Below are positions 60,065 through 64,000 of a stretch of DNA of 64,000 nucleotides, piece by piece. A model generated the notes under the pieces. It was not told where the DNA came from and did not search any database. It was given only the letters and a program-made list of their open reading frames with translations. Every line of letters starts with the position of its first letter. Within the stretch, counting starts at the first letter, position 1. Where the stretch lies: contig CM059431.1 in the NCBI GenBank assembly GCA_030390025.1, positions 158,412,001-158,476,000 on the forward strand, in the 5' to 3' direction. The translations under genes were made by a program, and so were the position numbers. The stretch is from Squalus acanthias. Taxonomy: Eukaryota.

Positions 60065-63000
60065 CGGAGGAGGCAGACCTGTGTGGGAGCGGCAGCGGGA
60101 CGTGAGAGAAGGCGGAGCGGCGATAAAGGAGCGCTGCTTTGGAGTGGAACGACTTGGGGAAGGGACCGAGAGCGGGAGCAGTCAAACAACAACATCTGCG
60201 AAACGGCTAAAGTGATGTCACAACCAGGGAAGGAGCTGATTGGTAAGTAGGAACTGGTGAGTATTTCTGCAGTCCATTCGTTGAAGTAAAAGCTTGGTCT
60301 CCAGTTTAGAGCAAGTCGTGTTTAAAATGAAGTAAGGTCCCTCGTGTATTTAATATTCTTTAATTGAAAAAGTATAGGGAGTAAATTAAGGTTAGGACAT
60401 GGCACGGCAGCTCGGCTGCGTGAGGTGCTCCTCTTGTGCTATGTGGGAAGTCAGGGAGACTTTCGGTGTCCAGGGTGAACACGTGCAGGAAATGTCTCCA
60501 GCTGCAGCTAATCTAAATCCGCGTTTTGGAGCTGGAGCTTCGGCTGGAGTCACTGTGGAGCATCCGCGAAGCTGAGATCTTCGTACATAGCACATTTAAT
60601 GATTGGTCACAGCGCAGGTGAAGAGTGCACAGGCAGACAGGGAATGGGTGACCGCCAGACAGGGTAAAAGAAAGATGAATGTAGTTCCGGAGTTCCCTGG
60701 GTCCATCTCCCTCAACAACATATTTTCCGATTTGGATAGTACTGGGGAAAATGGTTTCTCAGGGGAATGCAGCAAGAGCCAAGTCCGTGGCAAATAATAA
60801 GGTAATAATATTAGGGGATTTCAACTTCCCCAATATTAACTGGGATAGTAAGAATGTGAAAGGCTTAGAGTGTGCGGAATTCTTAAAGTGCATCCAAGAG
60901 AGCTTTTGAGCCAGCATGTAGAAATTCATAAAAGAGAGGGGGCGGTACTGGACGTAATTTTACGGAATGTAGCCGGTCATGTGGTAGAACTGTCAGTAGG
61001 AGATCATTTTGTTGACATTGACCATAGTTCGGTGAGATTTAAGGTAGAACTGGAAAAGGACAAAGATGCACCGGAAATCAAGGTTCTAAATTGGGGATAG
61101 ACCTATTTTTATATGGTAAGGCAGGATCCGGCCAAAGTGGACTGGGATCAGCTGCTTGAAGGAAAATCCAAATCATAGCAGTGGATGTCTTTTGGAAAGG
61201 AAACAGAGAGGGTACAACGGCAACATGTTCCCTTCAAGGTCAAGGGTAGGACCAACACACGCAGGAAACCAAGGATGTCAAGGGATATACATGAATTTTT
61301 CAGGAAAAAAAAGTGGCTTATGGCAGATAAAAAGAACAAAAAACTGTGAAAGCCATGTAGGAGTATAGAAAGTGCAGGGGGGTACTTAAAAAAGAAAATA
61401 GGAGAGCGAAGAGTGGGCATGAAAAAACATTGGCGGGCAAAATAAAGGAAAATCCCAAGGTGTTTTATAAGTATATTAAAGGCAAGTGGATAACCAGGGA
61501 AAGAGTAGGGCCCTTTAGGGATCAAAATGGCAATCTGTGTGTGGAGCCAGAAGACGTGGGTGAGGTTTATAGAAACATAGAATCTAGGAGCAGGAGTAGG
61601 CCATTCGGCCCGTCGAGCCTGCTCCACCATTCAATACGATCATGGCTGATCATTCAAATCCAGTACCCTGTCCCTGCTTTAATCCCCACAGTACACATAT
61701 TCCACCTTACCCCCGTAACCCCACGTATTTAATTCCCCCTAACATATCCCATCCCCCCACATATATTTAATCCCCCCCTAACACTGAGGGTCAATTTATC
61801 ATAGCCAAATCAACCGAACGCGCACATTTTTGGACTGTGGGAGGAAACCGGAGCACCCGTAGAAAACCCACGCAGACACAGGGAGAATGTGCGAACTCCA
61901 CACAGACAGTCACCCGGGTCCCCGGCGCTGTGAGGCACAAGTGCTAACCACTATGCCACCGTGTTTTAAATGAATATTTTGTGTGTGTGAATGTGTTCAC
62001 TATGGAGTAGGTGGATTTAAGCATACAAATCAGGCAGGGGGATTGTGAAATACTTGAATAAATTAGTATTGAGAGGGAGGAGGTACAAGCGGTTTTAACG
62101 AGCTCAAACGTCGATAAATCCCCAGACCCAGACGAGATGTATTCCAGGCTGCTGTGTTAGTCAAGGGGGGAGATTGCAGGGACTCTGACACACATTTTCA
62201 GAACTACTCTGGCCACAGGGGAGGGGCCAGAGGACTGGAGGACAGCTAACGTACTACCATTATTCAAGAAGAGTTGTAGGGATAAATCAGGGAATTACAG
62301 GCCACTGAGCCTAACATCAGTGGTAGGGAAATTATTGGAAAACATTCCGAGGGACAGAATTCTTCTCCACTTGGAGAGCCAAGGATTTATCAAAGATAAG
62401 ACTACATGGCTTTGTGAGGGGGAGACCATGTCTAACCAATTTGATTGCATTTTTAGAGGAGGTGACTAGGTGTGCAGATGAGCGTAGTACAGTTGATGTA
62501 GTCTACATGGACTTCAGTAAGGCTTTAGACAAATACCCGCATGGCAGACTGGCAAGAATGTAAGAGCCCATGGGATCCAGGGCAGTTTGGCACATTGGAT
62601 TCAAAATTGGCTGAGTGGCCGGAGGCAGAGGGTAATGGTCGAAGGTTGTTTTTCTGACTGGAAGCCTGTGTCCAGTGGTGTACCGCAGGGATCAGTGCAG
62701 ACTCCTTTGCTGTTTGTAGTGTACATTAATGATTTAGATATGAATGTAGGAGGTATGATCAGTAAGTTCGCAGATAACAGGAAAATTGTTGGAGTGGTAA
62801 ATAGCGAGGAGGGAAGCCTGAGGCTGCAGGACGATTTAGACGGGTTGGTCACATGGGCAGAACAGTGGCAAATAGAATTTAATCCTGAAAAGTGAGAAGT
62901 GATGCATTTTGGGAGGACTAACAAGGCAAAGGAATAAACAATGAATGGTCGGAGCCTAGGAAGAACAGAGGACCAGAGTGAACTTGGTGTGCATCTACAC

Positions 63001-63682
63001 AGATCCCTGAAGGCAGCAGGACAGATAGATAAGATAGTTAAAAAGGCATATGGGAGACTTGCCTTCATTAGCCGAGGCATAGAATATAAGAGCGGGTGGT
63101 TATGATGGAGCTGCACATAACGCCAATTAGGCACAGCTGGAATACTGTGTTCAGTCCTGGTCGCCACACTATAGGAAGGATGTGATTGCATTGGAGACGG
63201 TGCAGAGAGGATTCAGGAGGATGTTACCTGGGCTGGAGCACTTCAGCTATGAAGAGAGACTGGACAGGCTAGGGTTGTTATCCTTAGAGCAGAGATGGCT
63301 GAGGGAGGAGCTGATTGAGGTGTACAAAATTATGAGGTGCATAGATAGGGTAGATAGAATGGAACGTTTCCCCTTTCTAGAGGGCTCAATTAGCAGGGGG
63401 CATAGTATCAAGGTAAGGGTCAAGAGGTTTAGAGGGGTTTTGAGAAAAAAACATTCACCCAGAGGGTGGTAGGAATCTGGAACACACAGTCTGAACGGGT
63501 GGTAGAGGTATGAACACTCAACATTCAAGAAGCTTTCAGGTGAGCACTTGAAACGCCATAGCATGCAAGGCTACGGACCAAGTGCTGGAAAATGGAATTA
63601 GAATTGATAGGGCTTGATGGCCGGCACGGACACGATGGGCCGAAGGTCCTCTTTCTATGCTGTATAAATCTATGACTCTATA
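60065..63682 (+). mobile_element. Long decayed CR1 (5'UTR, ORF1 start, internal deletion at ~60793, ORF2, tail), same family as 16412-21305
   Basis: MARQLGCVRCSSCAMWE, GDFNFPNINW, GVPQGSV and KFADNRK, with tail tctatgactcta. Confidence 0.9.
61568..61965 (-). mobile_element. HE1-like V-SINE nested in CR1, B box deleted
   Basis: Reverse complement of the 10990 SINE. The junction cacccgggtc lacks the ggttcgaatctgacctc segment. Confidence 0.9.
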
Positions 63683-63699
63683 TAATTGGAGTAATACTT

Positions 63700-64000
63700 A
63701 TTTACTCCTGTACTCAAATGCTCTTGTAATGAAGGCCATAATACCATTTGCCTTCCTGATGGCTTGCTGCACCTGCACATTCACTTAAAGTAACTCATGT
63801 ACAAGGACACCCAGGTCCCTTTGAGCAACTGCATTCCCCAATCTTCCACCATTTAGGAAATACACGTCCTTTCTGTTTCTTCTACCACAGTGGGTAACTT
63901 CAAATTTATCCACATTATATTCCATCTGCCATGTTCTCGCAACCACTCACTGAGCCTATCGAGATCCCCTTGAAGCCTCTTCACATGCTCTTCGCAACTG
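63700..64000 (-). mobile_element. CR1 RT fragment running off the window end
   Basis: The minus strand reads WQMEYNVDKFEVTH...QVQQAIRKANGIMAFITR. Confidence 0.85.

Overview
Eukaryotic, almost entirely repetitive DNA, most likely from a cartilaginous fish (inferred from HE1-like V-SINEs with CR1-type tails plus abundant CR1, L2, Penelope and RTE elements). The window is a decayed tandem array of four related units. Each has a minus-strand L2 LINE followed by a ~1.5 kb non-LINE core block (cores near 15.1, 33.3, 41.7 and 57.2 kb), and three G-rich satellite tracts (1-7.3, 23.7-26.3, 45.0-50.5 kb) lie between units. Many nested insertions sit on top of this. The only clearly intact protein-coding sequence is a 383-aa PIF/Harbinger-type DDE transposase inside a 3.66 kb TIR-bounded element (8818-12475), whose partner gene survives only as a terminal-exon remnant. 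Other notable items are three minimal hammerhead ribozymes in Penelope terminal repeats, a 330-nt splice-bounded candidate exon repeated in all four units (open only in copy 4, unusually divergent in its middle), a near full-length CR1 with a 45-bp monomer array at its 5' end, and repeated insertion at homologous target sites. No host gene could be named with confidence. All family calls are by eye, without database searches, and TE boundaries are approximate unless a junction is quoted.
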